From: Chiloscyllium plagiosum
Taxonomy: Eukaryota
NCBI RefSeq assembly: GCF_004010195.1
Contig: NC_057711.1
Coordinates: 83,396,010 to 83,460,009, forward strand
Direction of reading: 5' to 3'
DNA: 64,000 bases
The notes beneath the pieces are model-generated. The model saw only the letters and a program-made list of their open reading frames with translations, was not told the DNA's origin and made no database searches. The stretch's first letter is position 1. Every line of letters begins with the position of its first letter. Positions 39,305-53,589 of this stretch are shown here, one piece after another. Both the position numbers and the translations under genes were made by a program.

Positions 39305-40266
39305 AGTTAAAAATCACACAACACCAGGTTATAGTCTAACAGGGTTATTTGGAAGCACTGCTTCTTCATCAGATAGTTGTGAATCAGGACCATAAGACAC
39401 AGAACCCAAGGTCCCGGTTGAGGCCATCCTCATGGGTACATGTCACACTACAGGTGACACCACTACGCTACACACTCTCTCTCACACACACACACAGAAG
39501 TACACATGCACACACCCTTACATACTCACATTCTCTCTCATACGCATGGTCTCTGTCATAGACACACACATACACCCCCCACATTCACATCCATTCACGC
39601 ACCCTCTCACAGGCTTATTCTCCATCATACTCATGCACACATTTTACCAAGCTTGCACACACGCAAACACAAACTCTCTCATGTGCACTCACACTCACAC
39701 GCATGCACTCACTCACATGCACAGACTCTCTCTCTTTCTCTCTCTCTCTCTCCTGCACACACATACACACACATTTAAGTCTATGAGGTGAATTTGCAGA
39801 AAATACATTTGCAGATACATTCTATTTTGCTCAAAAAATACACAACCTGCAGTCAGTCAATCCATGTAATATTTTCTAATTTCTACTTTGGAAATAGAAC
39901 TAGTCTGACTCAAGATTGGGATACAGACAAACTCTACCCTCATACCTTTAATGCATTGTCTGAGCTGAAATGTCAATTTTTTTTACATAAAACATTAAGT
40001 TATCTTGAGAATGTGACTTAAAAGAAGTTCTAGGATTTATATATTAATGAATCTCAACCTACAACACATTCTAAAAGTTGAAAGACAACAACAGTCTAGA
40101 TTTGTTCAATGTTGCATGACACTATAATGGTCCTACTTGACATCTCTCTGATGAAGGAGAAGTGCTATGAAAGCTAGTGCTTCCAAATAAACCTGTTGGA
40201 CTATAACCTGGTGTTGTGTGACTTTTAACTTTGTCCACCCCAGTCTGACACTTGCTCCTCCACATC
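39305..40266 (+). mobile_element. PLE family B insertion: inverted partial pLTR, CA/CT-rich UTR, pLTR
   Basis: Terminal inverted pLTR arms; TSD attcctttctcta / attcctttttcta (39292-39304, 40267-40279); CTGATGA...GAAAGCTAgtg at 40148-40179. Confidence 0.75.
39468..39775. repeat. Degenerate (CA)n/(CT)n low-complexity tract
   Basis: Seen directly. Confidence 0.85.
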
Positions 40267-41029
40267 ATTCCTTTTTCTACTGTAATCTATCTTTTTAAAC
40301 TCATCTCCCCATCTCCTGCATGCTCACCTGTAACAATAAGTGTAAGGAGTTAATGAAATTTTTTGCCTCTAAGATTGAGACTATTTGGAGGGATGAAGGG
40401 CCTGGTTCCTGTGCTGTGATTTGATCAGCTGGTTCCGCCACTGTTTTCTCTTCCACAACTCCACAACATATGACTTTCTTTCTATCTCCTCTTTGCCCTA
40501 GCCCTGAATTCACAATTTTCTCTAGCTTCTCTCTCATCTTCCATCATGACCTTCCCAAGCTCATCTTGTCTCGGAGACATACCTCATACTCCCTAGGCCC
40601 TGTTCCCATTTTTTCCTTTCTTTTCTTTCCACTTCTACATTACTAACTTTGGTGTCATACAAAGAACTACCCTTGGCCCCTTCCTATTTTCCATTTACAT
40701 TCTGCTGCTGAGTGACCTTTTCTGAAAACACATCAAATATCACAGAGATGCTGATGATACCTGTCTTCATTTCACCATTTCCCTGAACACTATAAATAAT
40801 TATCAGACTGTTTGTTTATCATCAGGTACTGGCTGTGCAAAAATTTCCTGTAATGAAATTCTGGGAAGATCAAAGTCCTTGTCTTTGGTCCACAAGACAA
40901 ACTATTTTCCCCAACTCTGTCCATTTCCCTGGCAAATGTCTGAGCTAGAACCACATCGTTTACAACCTTGATATCATATTTGACTCTGAGATGAGCTTCC
41001 AACCTTCACTAAAACCACTGCAAATTATT

Positions 41030-42170
41030 TATTTATTTTTATTCACTCCTGGGATGTGGCTGTATCTGGCTATGTCAGCATTTATTATCCATTGCTAATT
41101 GTGTTGAAGAATGTAGAGTGAGCTGCCATTTTGAATGCTGCAGTCCTTTGAGTGCAGGGACACTCTAGTGCTCTTAGGAATGAAGTTCAAGATTTTGACT
41201 AAGTGACAGTGAAGGAACAGCAACATTGTTTCAACTCAAGATGGTGTGTGTCAGGATTGCAGGTAAATTGTTGGGGTTGATGCTCGCAAGTATCTGCTGC
41301 CATTGCCCGTATAGAATTATAGATCACTACAGTGTGGAAACAGGCCATTCAGCCCATCAAATCCACGCTGACCCTCTTAACAGTATCCCATCCATTCTCT
41401 CTTGTTGGACTTGGTCATTGCCTGGCACTTGTGTGGCATGTATGTAACTAGCCACTTAACCATCCAAAATTTGAAGCAATCCAAGACACACTACATTTGG
41501 ATGTGGACTGCTTCATTATCTGAGGAGTCACAGATGGTATTGAATGTTTTGTAATCATTAGCAGACATCCATTTCTGACCTTATGATGGAGGAAGGACAT
41601 TGATCAAGCAACTGAAGATGGTTGTGCCTATGATACTACTCTGAGGAACTCCTGCAGTTGTGTTCTTTGATTGAGATTCCTGTAATGTGCCCAGTTAACA
41701 ATTAGAATTTAGCCTTGTAGCATCTGGGATACTGAAACAAAGAATAAGCAAATATTTATTAATTATTATGTTCTTATTACTTTTAGTCAATGAGTCTAAT
41801 GACCAATCTATAAATAGTAATGAGCTGAGTCCACTTTATTTATTCATTTGTGGAGTGTGGGTGTCGCTGGCTGGGTCAGCAGTTATTGCCTGTCCCTAGT
41901 TGCCCCTTGAGAAGATGGTGGTGGGTTGCCTTCTTGAACTGCTGCAGTCCACCTGCAGTGGGTTGACCCACAATGCCATTAGGGAGAGAATCCCAGGATT
42001 TTGACTCAGTGACAGTGTAGGAATGGCAATCTATTTCTAAGTCAGTATGGTGAGTAGCTTGGAGGGGACATTGAAGGTGGTAGTATTCCCATGGATCTGT
42101 TACTTTTGTCCTTCTAGGTGGAAGTGGTCATGGGTTTGGAAGCTGATGTGTGAAGATCTTTGGTGAATTT
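41030..42170 (-). mobile_element. Fragments of an old CR1/L2-group LINE (related fragments at ~49560-50130, 50820-51560, 56995-58500; + strand ~60480-60800)
   Basis: Shared motifs ggactgcttca..atctgaggagtca, ttctgaccttatgatggag, gagaag.tggtggtg.g.tg.cttctt. Confidence 0.6.
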
Positions 42171-43269
42171 AAGCTGTACTAAGTTTGGGGGGGGGGGGGG
42201 GGTGTTGGCAGGGTTGGGGGGATTACTAGTTTTCTCATTTGACTTCAGTTTGTCTTGAAAACAGCAGTGGAAAGCTTCCCATAATCAAACATGATCATCC
42301 AATTAGACATTGAATGAATAGAAATTCTGAATGGTTGAAAATCATGACAAGACTCACAATAAATCTGTGGTGATATTTCAAAACAATAATTATTCTGCAC
42401 GGAACGTTAAGTTCTGTGATATTAATAGACTTACAAATAGCCACAGTAAAGGCAAAATACAACAAAACAAACCACTGTCTAATAACAATATTCAATTGGC
42501 TGGCACAGACTTCCAGGTTAACTATAACCTAACTGGATGAGATGAAAGAAAGCTTCTGACACAGACTGTCAGGTGAACTTATCTCCTCCCCAGTGGGTGA
42601 GAAAAGCAGGAATAGTGTGTTTCATTTCTCACTCTGTTCTGCTTAATGCAGAGGCACTGACCTAGTGGTAGTAACCCAGATTAATAATTCAGGACATAGT
42701 TTAATGTTTCAGGGCATTGATTCAAATTCCATCATGGCAGGTGGTGTAATTTGAATTGAACAAAAATCTTGAAAAGTACTAGCCTAACGGTGACCATTGC
42801 TGACTGTTGTAAAAAATTATCTGGTTCGCTAATTCCTGCAGAGAAGGAAATTGGACATCCAGATCCATTCTGGTCAACATTTGGCACCAGACCCACAGTT
42901 TTTTAGTTTACTCTTAACTGCCCTCTGGGCAATAAATTTCGGTCACTCATGTTCCACACACAAAGAAGACAAATGTACAATTGTAATGCGTTGGGTGCAT
43001 TAATATGTGTACATTCACTCTGATGGAATTTTCAACCACTCCTAACTAGGAAGTCCACGATGACTATCCTGTTAGGTGACCATATCTGAAGTCAAGGAGA
43101 ACTAGCAAAATAGATTTGAAGAAACCTTCCCTTCCCTACCCCAATAGGAAAGCCAAACCACAACTGCCCAGGAACACCAACAGAAATAAAACTCTTGCAA
43201 CAAGGATTTTTTTTTGCCATTCATCTTGCTATAGGTAACATTCTCTAAAGATAGGCAGGAGAATAAGTG

Positions 43270-43720
43270 CGGAGGAGATTTACTAGGATGTTGCCCTGCA
43301 TGGAGGGAAGGTCTTACGAGGAAAGGCTGAGGGACATGAGGCTGTTTTCGTTAGAGAGAAGAAGGTTGAGAGGTGACTTAATAGAGACATATAAGAGGGT
43401 TAGATAGGGTGGACAGGGAGAGCCTTTTTCCAAGAATGGTGACGGCGAGCACGAGGGGGCATAGCTTTAAATTGAGGGATGATAGATATAGGACAGATGT
43501 CAGTGGTCGTTTCTTTACTCAGAGAGTAGTAAGGGTATGGAATGCTTTGCCTGCAACGGTAGTAGATTTGTCAACTTTAAGTACACTTAAGTCGTCATGG
43601 ACAAGCATATGGACGTACATGGAATATGTAAGTTAGATGGGCTTCAGATTGGTATGACAGGTCGGCACAACATCGAGGGCCGAAGGGCCTGTACTGCGCT
43701 CTAATGTTCTATGTTATATG
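43270..43720 (+). mobile_element. CR1/HER1 LINE 3' fragment
   Basis: DRESLFPRM...TRGHSFKL...FFTQRVVRVWNALP; gaagggcctgtactgcgc and atgttct tail. Confidence 0.9.
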
Positions 43721-44850
43721 TAGAACTACAAGATTATGCAATTGTGGGTAACAAACCCAAAATGTTCTTGCATGCATCACTAACAGCTGAGGCTCATTGC
43801 TTGTAATATGTATCGATAAACTTCTTCTTCTGCTTATTGGAGTTCTTTGTCCAAAGGCAGGTCCTTGGCAACCATTTAATCAAACATGGATACATGACCT
43901 GATTTTATTATGGTTAGGCAGGCCTTGAGTCGCCCTGCAGAACAGGATTGAACTTCATGCATTTGGCATTAATCTGTTGCACACATTAGCTGCGAGCCAA
44001 CTGAACTAACTGACCCCTATATTCTAAAATACCAGCTAAATACTGCAATGCTCCATTATACAGTTGAGAATTGTACTTATGTCAATACACTTAAAACCAT
44101 TCAATTCAGTAATACTTCTGTTGCAGGTCCAAATCTGATCCTTCAAATACAGCACATGCCTGAACATGCACAATTATTATTATTTGTACAATGATCTGAC
44201 TGTGCTGGACCCAGTTTAATTTTAAACTTTAGCTTTTTTTAGCTTCATATGGAATAGATTATAAAAATAACAATACCAGTATTACCCTGTGGTTTAACCA
44301 ACCACCAGCAGCCCACTGCCTGTTTTGGGCTGACAGCTACTTTCATAAAGCAAGATACCGCTGCAAAAGAAAATCATCACCATCAAAAATTTCAGCATCA
44401 GGTTACAACTTATTTTTATGGCATGATAAAGCTCTTAAATATTAAATAAAAAAGGAAGATTTTTATAAAAAAGAAAGTTACAACAATCCTATTTTCAAAT
44501 GGATAGCCATAACACATTAAAACAGTACTGGAGTTGTGGGTTTTGCACAAAATGTCATAAAAATATTTTTCAAGATAAATCTTTATGGTCATTTGTTAGT
44601 ACAGAACTTACATATTGCTGAAACGAAGAGACAAGCTGTGGAAGCTTTTGTCTTGCACTTATCAGGACAGACACAAGAATATTAAATTTCAAAGGAAAAG
44701 TATTTATACTTTACAAGAAGAGGGATGCTGATTTTTTTTGACAGAAGTACTCTGATTGGTTGAGGCATTGCCATGGAGAATGTACCAGGGAACAGGAGTC
44801 TCATGCTTTTATTTTTGAAAAGGGCATTACGCCTGGACATAATCTCTCTG

Positions 44851-44965
44851 AGGCGAAAGTAAGGAGATTAGAGTCGAGAGTGTGGTGCTGGAAAAGCACA
44901 GCAGGTCAGGCAGCAGCTGAGGAGAAGGAGAGTCAACCTTTCAAGCAAAAGCTGCTCATCAAGAA
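44851..44965 (-). mobile_element. Diverged family A pLTR arm
   Basis: gtgctggaaaagcacagcaggtcaggcagc...gctcatcaag. Confidence 0.65.
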
Positions 44966-46439
44966 TCTCATAACCTTTCTGAGGACATTATCCTGTGTAT
45001 CTATATATAGCTTCTTGTAAGTATATTTGGGCTGCATTGTCAGCGAACTGATAATCTTAAATTGGCTAGTGTTGTGATTCTTAGCATGTTCTGGATAGAT
45101 CATTAAGTGCTGTCTAATTGTGAAATCACACCTAATGTCTTTTTTATATTCACGTTCATTCATGGGATGAGGGCATCGCTGGTTAGGCCAGCATTTATTA
45201 CCCATCCCTAATTACCCAGAGGCAGTTAAGAGTCAACCATATTGCTGTGGATTTGGGGTGACATATAGGCCTAACTAAGTAAGGATGGCAGATTCCTTCC
45301 CGAAAGGACACCAGTGAACTGGGTGGGTTTTTCTGACAATTGAGAATTGATCCATGGTCATCATTAAACTCTCTAGCCCACATTTTCTTTTCTATGCAAA
45401 TTCTATCATTTGCCATGGCAGGATTTGAATTCCAAGTCCCCAGAATGTTATTTGGTCTCTGGATTAACAGTCCAATGATAATACCACTAGGCTATTTTCT
45501 CCCCAAATGTTGGACACAAAATTAATTTTTCACACCAATATTGGCCTGCTTGAACAAAAGCTTTAAAAAAAATTGTTTGTTAGATTCTCAAGAGAGTAAC
45601 TAGCTGCCTAGTGCTGTAATGGCCTTGTGTTTTATTGCATCCATATGTGTATGCCCTGCCCTTAACCCCTCACTTGTCTTTGAGTGATAAATTGGCCAGA
45701 AGTGGAGTTGGTACAACCAGTTTTGAGCTGATTTTCTATATGCATGGTGAATGATTCTTTGACCTTCACAAAGACTAAACAAATCCTGCAAATTGATAAT
45801 AACACCATATTTTTGAGCTTTGCAACTAACATACTATTCAAAGTAGTCATCGACATTTGCATTGCATCACTATATCATGGCAATCTAGAAGTGTCACCAT
45901 TGTCTGAACCTTCATTAATTGAATTAAGGAACTGAGCAACTTACACAGTAGAGATGATCTTTAACAACACCATGGATGCTCAAACACGTGGTGTTGCCAT
46001 GGCATCACTTCTAAACCTGGTGCCCTCAAACATTTTTATCAATGTATTTTGTCTGGAATTTCTTTCTTTCATAGAATATGAGCATCACTGGTGATGCCAG
46101 CATTTGTAGACAATCCCAAATTGCTCTGAAATTGAGTGACTTGCCAGGTAATTTAAGAATACAGTCAAAAGTTAACAACATTATTGTGGATTTGGAGTCG
46201 CATGTTGCCTGAACAGGGTGAGGATGGTGGATTTCCTTCCCTAAAGTGTATTCATGAACCAGGTGGATTTTTATAACAATCAATGATAATGTCATGTTCA
46301 CCGTAGATTAGTTTTCTGATTTTACCAACTGAGTTTAATTTTCCACTAGCTGCTGAGGTGGGATTTGAATTCATGACCCAAAAGATCAGGCTGGGCCTTT
46401 AGGTTACTAGACCAGTGGCAATACCACTTTCCTCGTGCA

Positions 46440-46830
46440 CCTTGCATATTTCCAATATGTAGATGATACGTTTGCTAGATTTGAAACTGCACTCTGGGTA
46501 AGAATTCCCTTGCACACTCTAACAATTTCGTTCAATGTTTATATTCAATTTTGAAATGGAGCAGTCTAATGATTTTCCTTTCCTCAATGCCCTGTTTGAG
46601 AAATCCACAAGGGGCTCTCTACAACTATCTACCAGAAGCAGACCATCACTGTTATGTTTGGATTCCTAGAGCTCTGCATGCTATGAGAGCGGTTTTATAA
46701 GCACCCTCATATTTAGGTTACTCAGCATGCATGACTGATGCCAATTTGGGTGCATCAAAACTATCCTATGAGTTAATGCCTACCCAATCAGATCATTGCT
46801 CACTGTGTACCATACAAATGCATAAATGCA
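46440..46830 (+). mobile_element. Ancient PLE reverse transcriptase remnant
   Basis: YFQYVDDTF (RT catalytic motif), then FEMEQSNDFPFL and TTIYQKQT across frameshifts. Confidence 0.55.
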
Positions 46831-47022
46831 GTCAGTCACTAAAGCTGATCAACCAACAACCACAACCATATTCATATGTGCCACTCATGACTCCAACCAG
46901 CAGAGACTTTATCTCCTGATTCCCATTGATTCCAGTTTTGCTACCGCTCCTTGATACCACATTTGATTTAATGCAGCAATGAGATCAAGAGCCATCACTT
47001 TCACCTCATCTTTGGAATTCAG

Positions 47023-47886
47023 TCATGAATTGGAGATGCCGGTGTTGGACTGGGGNNNNNNNNNNNNNNNNNNNNNNNNNNNNNNNNNNNNNNNNNNNNN
47101 NNNNNNNNNNNNNNNNNNNNNNNNNNNNNNNNNNNNNNNNNNNNNNNNNNNNNNNNNNNNNNNNNNNNNNNNNNNNNNNNNNNNNNNNNNNNNNNNNNNN
47201 NNNNNNNNNNNNNNNNNNNNNNNNNNNNNNNNNNNNNNNNNNNNNNNNNNNNNNNNNNNNNNNNNNNNNNNNNNNNNNNNNNNNNNNNNNNNNNNNNNNN
47301 NNNNNNNNNNNNNNNNNNNNNNNNNNNNNNNNNNNNNNNNNNNNNNNNNNNNNNNNNNNNNNNNNNNNNNNNNNNNNNNNNNNNNNNNNNNNNNNNNNNN
47401 NNNNNNNNNNNNNNNNNNNNNNNNNNNNNNNNNNNNNNNNNNNNNNNNNNNNNNNNNNNNNNNNNNNNNNNNNNNNNNNNNNNNNNNNNNNNNNNNNNNN
47501 NNNNNNNNNNNNNNNNNNNNNNNNNNNNNNNNNNNNNNNNNNNNNNNNNNNNNNNTCCTTCATCAGGTGGTTGTGGAGTACACAGTTGTCAGACACAAAA
47601 TTTATAGCAAAAGTTTACAGTGCGATGTAACTGAAATTATACATTGAAAAATACCTTGATTGTTTGTTAAGTCTCTCATCTGTTCGAATGATCATGTTGG
47701 TTTCACTTCTTTCATATGTAAATCGCAAAACCTTTTTTAAAAGTTACATTCTCAGGTGAACTTTAACAATTGGTGTCAGCCCAGATAAAGTGTTGAAGGT
47801 ATTAGCCCCCTGTGTGCTGCTGTCTATGCCATAATGTTTAGACTGATTCTAATCTAAAAAATGAATTAACAGAATCTTACATGGAA
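47023..47886 (-). mobile_element. PLE family B element interrupted by an N gap (47056-47555)
   Basis: The family B tail (ggagatgccggtgttggactgggg) and the hammerhead half (tccttcatcaggtgg) flank the gap. Confidence 0.7.
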
Positions 47887-50800
47887 GGTATTGTTAATAA
47901 ACAATAGCATGAGAAAAAATGTTTGTATGTGTATTCCTGTGGCAGTGCCTCAATTGGAGTTGACATATCTTTTGATCAAAGGTCAGAGTATAATTGTTCT
48001 TAGCACATTTTCCATGGCGACGCTTTGACCAATCAGAATCTACTTCTCAACTAATCAGCATTACCTTTTTCATTGAGTATAAATTGGTGCTCCTTGTAAA
48101 ATTTGACATTTTTGCATCGCTCGTATTGAGTGTATGACATAAAGCTCTGACAGGTCTTTCTACAGCAAGAACTCGTTACCTTCCTATATTAAAATACAAC
48201 ACTACATTTCAATAGATAAAGAAAATGTAATCATTGTTATTGTTTTATGTTCAAAATATAATTGAATTATCACAACTTACTGTCAGGTACTGCAGTGTGA
48301 AGCACTTTATTGCTAAGCATGCTTGCTTCATTCTGACATAAGCTATAGTATCTCATTTGATTGTAGAATATTGTTTGACTCCTCTTTTCAAGTATCTCAT
48401 GTCTGCACTCTGTAAACAAAATTATGGATTCCCGCTCTGTGAAACCCACTAGTGAAAAAGCATCCTTTCTGAAAGGTAGGGATGGCTGCACTGAACTGTT
48501 ACTATGGTCACTAGCCAAAGTGGCAGGCTCTCTCTGCACATGATGATCCATTGCGTGTGCTATTTAAAACTTGATTAAAGTCAACATACATTTGGGTTGT
48601 AAGCCTGCCTTGACACCAAAGCCATGAACTCAGAGGTAATAAAAAATGAGAAGCTTTCATTCATATAGCACTTTTCATGAACTCAGGACATTTCAAAGTG
48701 CTTTATAATCAATTATGTATTTCGAAATATAGGCAGTACTGTAACAGAGCAAATGTAATACTACATCTTTATATTTTTGCTTGTAGAATTTCATTTATAG
48801 GATTAGGATATATTATTTTACATTGATATGGAACATGTCAACTGCCCAGTAAAATATTAATATTAACTAGCCTTCAACTGTCATTAAGTTAATTGTGGTC
48901 TTGCAGTTATTTAAATGTATTCAGTCAAAAACAGAAGCTATTTTCTTTCTTGTTTAGAGTTTGGGGTTTTCTGGTAGGTACCAACCTCCTCCAACAAGTG
49001 AACCATCTGTGGTCCTTCCTTCAGACTAGCAATTGAGGCTATGTATATTCTGTAAACACATTTTTTGCAGAACAGGTGGGGACTGCATAGGAAAGAGAGA
49101 ACAATCTTTTGACCAAGGGCAAGCCTGAGTCAAAAACTAATTTTACAGAGCCAGACAACAAACAGTCTATTCCAATATCAAACCTGTTCATATCCTGCCA
49201 CAAGATAAGCTCAATATCAATTGTTTGTTTAGTGAACAGGAAAATGTCTGATGATTTTTCTAAACACTTTCTTGTAGCAAACCTTTGAATGATTACACTT
49301 CAAAGTATACCAAGGAAGTAGGATGACAGGATTTAAATGCAATCCAGAAAAACTTGAATCATGTAAAACTGCTTTTTGAACAAGTGAAGAATGTTTGATT
49401 GGGATCAGTCTAATGAGTACTACAATTTGTGATGAGGAAATTGATATTTTTAATTGAATGAAGGGAAAATAAACTTTTCTCATGTTTGACTTTTCTTGCA
49501 TTCATATCAGTTTAAATTAAAGTGTACTCACTTCCACTGTGTCTTGATGGAAACATGATGACAATCATTGGGCTGCTTTGTCCTACGGCCTGATTTCACA
49601 CAGTCAGACACAGTCACTCTTACCTCACATCTGGGAGTTCTTTTGTTCAATTTTGAACCAAGGTAATGAGGTCTGGAGCTGAGTGACTATGGCAGAACAC
49701 AAACTGAACATCAGTGAGCAGGTGATTGATAAGGAAATGCTCCTTGGTAGCACTGTCAATCAGCCCTTACATCATTTTGCTTATAATTGAGAGTAAAGAG
49801 ATGGGATGGTAATTAGCAGGATTGGATATATCCTGCTTTGTGAGGACGGGGCATGTTTGATCATTTTTCCACACTGTGAAGTGGATGGTAATGCTGTGCC
49901 TGGAGTGAGGCCAGATCTGCAGCACATTTTTAAACCTGGAACCTTGAAACAGGATATAAGCTTCAGAGCATTCAGTGCCTTGAGCCATTTCTTAAATATC
50001 ACGAGGAATGAAACAAATTGACTAAAATCTAGCATTTATGTTGCTGTGACCAAGGAGCAGGCCGGGATGGATCTTCCACTCAGCACTCTTAGTAGAAGCT
50101 GGCTGCAAATGCTTCAACCCTGCCTCGGGTACTGGAATTGTAGCTTAGCAATTTGAAAGAAGTAAAATTAGTGTTAAGAGTGATGGAGGAGTGGACCATG
50201 GTGTTGCAAAGGGAAAGGTCCCTGTAGAAAGAAAACTGTGGAGGGGTGTGTTGGTAATCCTTTGAATGCAGAAACTAGGAGGTGGTTGGAAGGGTGGGTT
50301 GGAAAGTGTGGACAAATTGACACTACTATTGTTCTGGGTGGGAGGAAGAGATGTTAGGGCAGATGTGCAGGAAATGGGTTGGATACAGCTGACAGCTCTG
50401 TCACTCACAACGGAAGGAAGTCTTGGTTGAAGAAAAAAGGTGACATACCAGAATCATCCTAGGGGAAGGTAATATCATCAGAACAGTTGAAATGAAGATG
50501 GAGTAACTGGTAGAATAGAATGGAATATTTGGAGAAAGTGAGTGAAGAAGTCTACTCAATGTAACTCGATGGAGTCAGTGAATTTGTAGTGGATATTGGT
50601 GGACATCCTATCACCAGAAGTGGAAACAGTGAAGTCTGAAGAACGGAAGAGGAGGTGTCAATGATGGACCACCTTCTATCTGTGTCTATTAGAAAAGCCT
50701 TCTTGTTAAGTATGTTATCACTGGGAATTTTGTCAAGGATAACTCCCACTCACCACAACTTCAACAAAAAGTTGACTTACCACTGAAAGTCTCATGTGAA

Positions 50801-52574
50801 AGTGCATGAAATTCGAAGTGTATTTATATGTGCCGAGTCACAGAGACTTGATGCCACGTTCAGGCTCTCACTCTCACCTCAATTCTGAGTTCAGCTCTTT
50901 TGCCTATATTTGAACCAAGTCTTAACTGAGGTTTGGGGCCAAGTAATCCTAACAGAGTCCAAAATTAAGAGAAGTATTGCTAAGTAAATGCCATTTTATA
51001 GAACTCTTGATAATATTCTATGTCACTTGATTAATGTCATAATACTGAAAGGGACAATAATTGAATAGATTGGACTCATCATTCTTTTATGGACCAAATA
51101 TATCTGGGCAACCTACTTCTTAGGCAGGGTAGAAATCAGTGCTGTGGCTGTACTCAAACAGCTTGGCTGAGGACAGAGTTCATTCAGGACTACGAACAAG
51201 ATGACAATGGAACTGTCAACTTTTATTGCATCAGGATAGTCATAGCTATTTCTTAATATCATGAGGAGTGAATTGAATTTGCTGAACACTGGCATCTGTG
51301 ATGATGGGCCAGCAGATGATGGACTCTGCAACAGTTCAAGGAGCCTCACCACCACCATCTCAAGAGCAAATAGGGATGGGGAATGGGATGCTAGTCTAGT
51401 TTGTAACACGTACAACCCTTGGACTTATCATTTTAAAAAAATGACCCCAGATGGAGACAAATATGGAACACATCTCAGCACTTTAGGTTGAAGGCAAATG
51501 CAAATATTTCAACCTTGTCTTTTGCACAGGCTCTGCCTTTATTGAAAGTCGGGATGGTCACGGAACCTCATTTTCCCATCAGTTGTTCAAACTGTCTACA
51601 CTGGAAATCAGCCTTCAGGATAGAAATGGAGAGACTGGAAAGAAGGGTATTACAAAGCCTTGAAGTGATAAAGAAATAGCGATAGCATTTTGCGACAGCT
51701 GCGCAGAGATTAAGGTTGAGGTGGACAATGTTTTAACGATAAATCCGAAAGCTATGTATTGGATTTGAAAAAGAACAAAACAAAGACAATTTCAGCTTTT
51801 AAAAAGTTAAGAGAAAGGAAGGGTGACCACTTTAGAAACCTTTCCAATATAAGCAATACCATTACCTCATCAAAATGATTCTGACCCTTTGTACTGACAA
51901 GCTATTAAATTATGTGCATGCATCCAAGCTAAACTTGGAAAGGATTTCTTGGCAAATGTATCTCCAGATTAAACAACTTGGACAAACATTTTGCAGATTA
52001 AGTATCACTTCAAACTTACTTATTGTTAGCAGTCAGTTTATGGGACAAATTGCTGCCTTTATCTGGAATCTAATTGTGTCTTATTTTGAATTTGTGCCCT
52101 GTAGTACATGCCTTGTCAAGAAACTGGTTACCATAGCATTTCAGTAAAATCAAGAAAAAGAATAAACTAAAAAAATACATCAATGACAACAAAATAAAGT
52201 AGAATAAAACATATACTTTACTCACAATGCATTAACATTAAATTCACTGTACTGTAATTGTTAAGAGCAAAGCTAGCATTTTGTCATTAAATTACAGAGA
52301 AAGCAGTGTTTCAAGTTAAAAGGACTGAGCTTTGGTATGCTACTTTTAGTGAAAGCTCATCAGAAACAAAGGACAGATTATTTTTCATGCCATTAGAAAA
52401 CTCATTTGTCTTCTGAATGAGCACACAATGCATGGTATGCATTTCATTAAAGAAATGTCTAGAAATAGTTTTTCTTTACCATTCATCATTGTTTAAAGAT
52501 TTAGTTTAGCTTTCCATGGAATCAACAATTATTTTTAAGAATCAGTGTAGTGAATTAATAGTTCTGCCACAAAT

Positions 52575-53150
52575 TGGGTTTAGTGGCTACATTCTGGTCT
52601 TATGGGTTCAAGTCCTATTCACTGATATGAGCACAAAAATGTAATTGGGTGATACTTTGGTGTAGGGTGTAGGGGAAGTATTTATCTTCCTTCAGATAAG
52701 CAGCATTCCAATAAGTTGTCTCTGGTGAATATGAAGGATACCATGGCACTATTTTGAAGAAGAGCAGGAGAGGTATCCCCTTTTGTCTTGTCCAATTATC
52801 TTTCAATTAATATTACTGAAAACTGACTGTCGAAGGTCAGTTAGCTCAGTTGGCTGGATGGCTGGTGAGTGTTGCCAACAGTGCAGGTTATATTGAAGGC
52901 CTCTCATATCTCAACCTCTCCTCACCTCAAGTGTGATGATCTTCAGATTAAACTGCCACTAATTAGCTCTCTCAGATGAGAGAGCAGTAAGTCTATGATG
53001 ACTTTATCATTATCACATGGCTGCCTGAAAAGTTTGTTGTGTGCCAGTTGATTGTCAGCGATGGCCCCATTTCAACCTAATTCATTGGCTGCAAAGCATT
53101 TTGGGAAGTCCTGAACTTATAAAAGGTGCTATGTAAATTCAAGTCTTTAT
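52575..53150 (+). mobile_element. DeuSINE-like element split by another SINE
   Basis: gggttcaagtcc B box, Deu-domain-like ccatggcactattttgaagaagagcagg, and 3' tail aaagcattttggga...aaaggtgctatgtaaat. Confidence 0.55.
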
Positions 53151-53589
53151 TTTGTAATTAAATGGATTTTAGTTATTCATGATTTAATCATGAAAGCATA
53201 GAAAATCTGGCTCAATATTATTTATGATGTTTGCTTGAAATTACTATGCTCAATGGAAAACCAAATTCTATCATTCTGCATAGGCGTTAAAAGATATCCA
53301 TGCAGAATTATGGCCAGAAATGTATGTTGAATGAAGTAACATTTTTAAAATAATGGAATGAAAAATTTTGTCTCAACTTTTCTTTACCTGTAGGCTAATG
53401 ACTGGAAAGACCAATATGATAATCTTACACACATTGCTCTTTGTCTTACTATAATAAAGAGTTAGCCTGGTTCTAAATGAATCAGGAATAAAATGCTGAC
53501 ATCTCTTCTTCCACCTGAACCTTCTCGCATAAACATAGGAAGTGTAACACCTGCCATTTTACCTGCTTCCCTTCTTGGATTAGTACCTA

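Noticed and set aside
39349..39791. His/Thr-rich ORFs
   Set aside because: Translation of a CA-rich microsatellite.
46979..47647. Long ORFs of 196-222 aa (also those around 29543-30223)
   Set aside because: Artefacts of translating through N runs.
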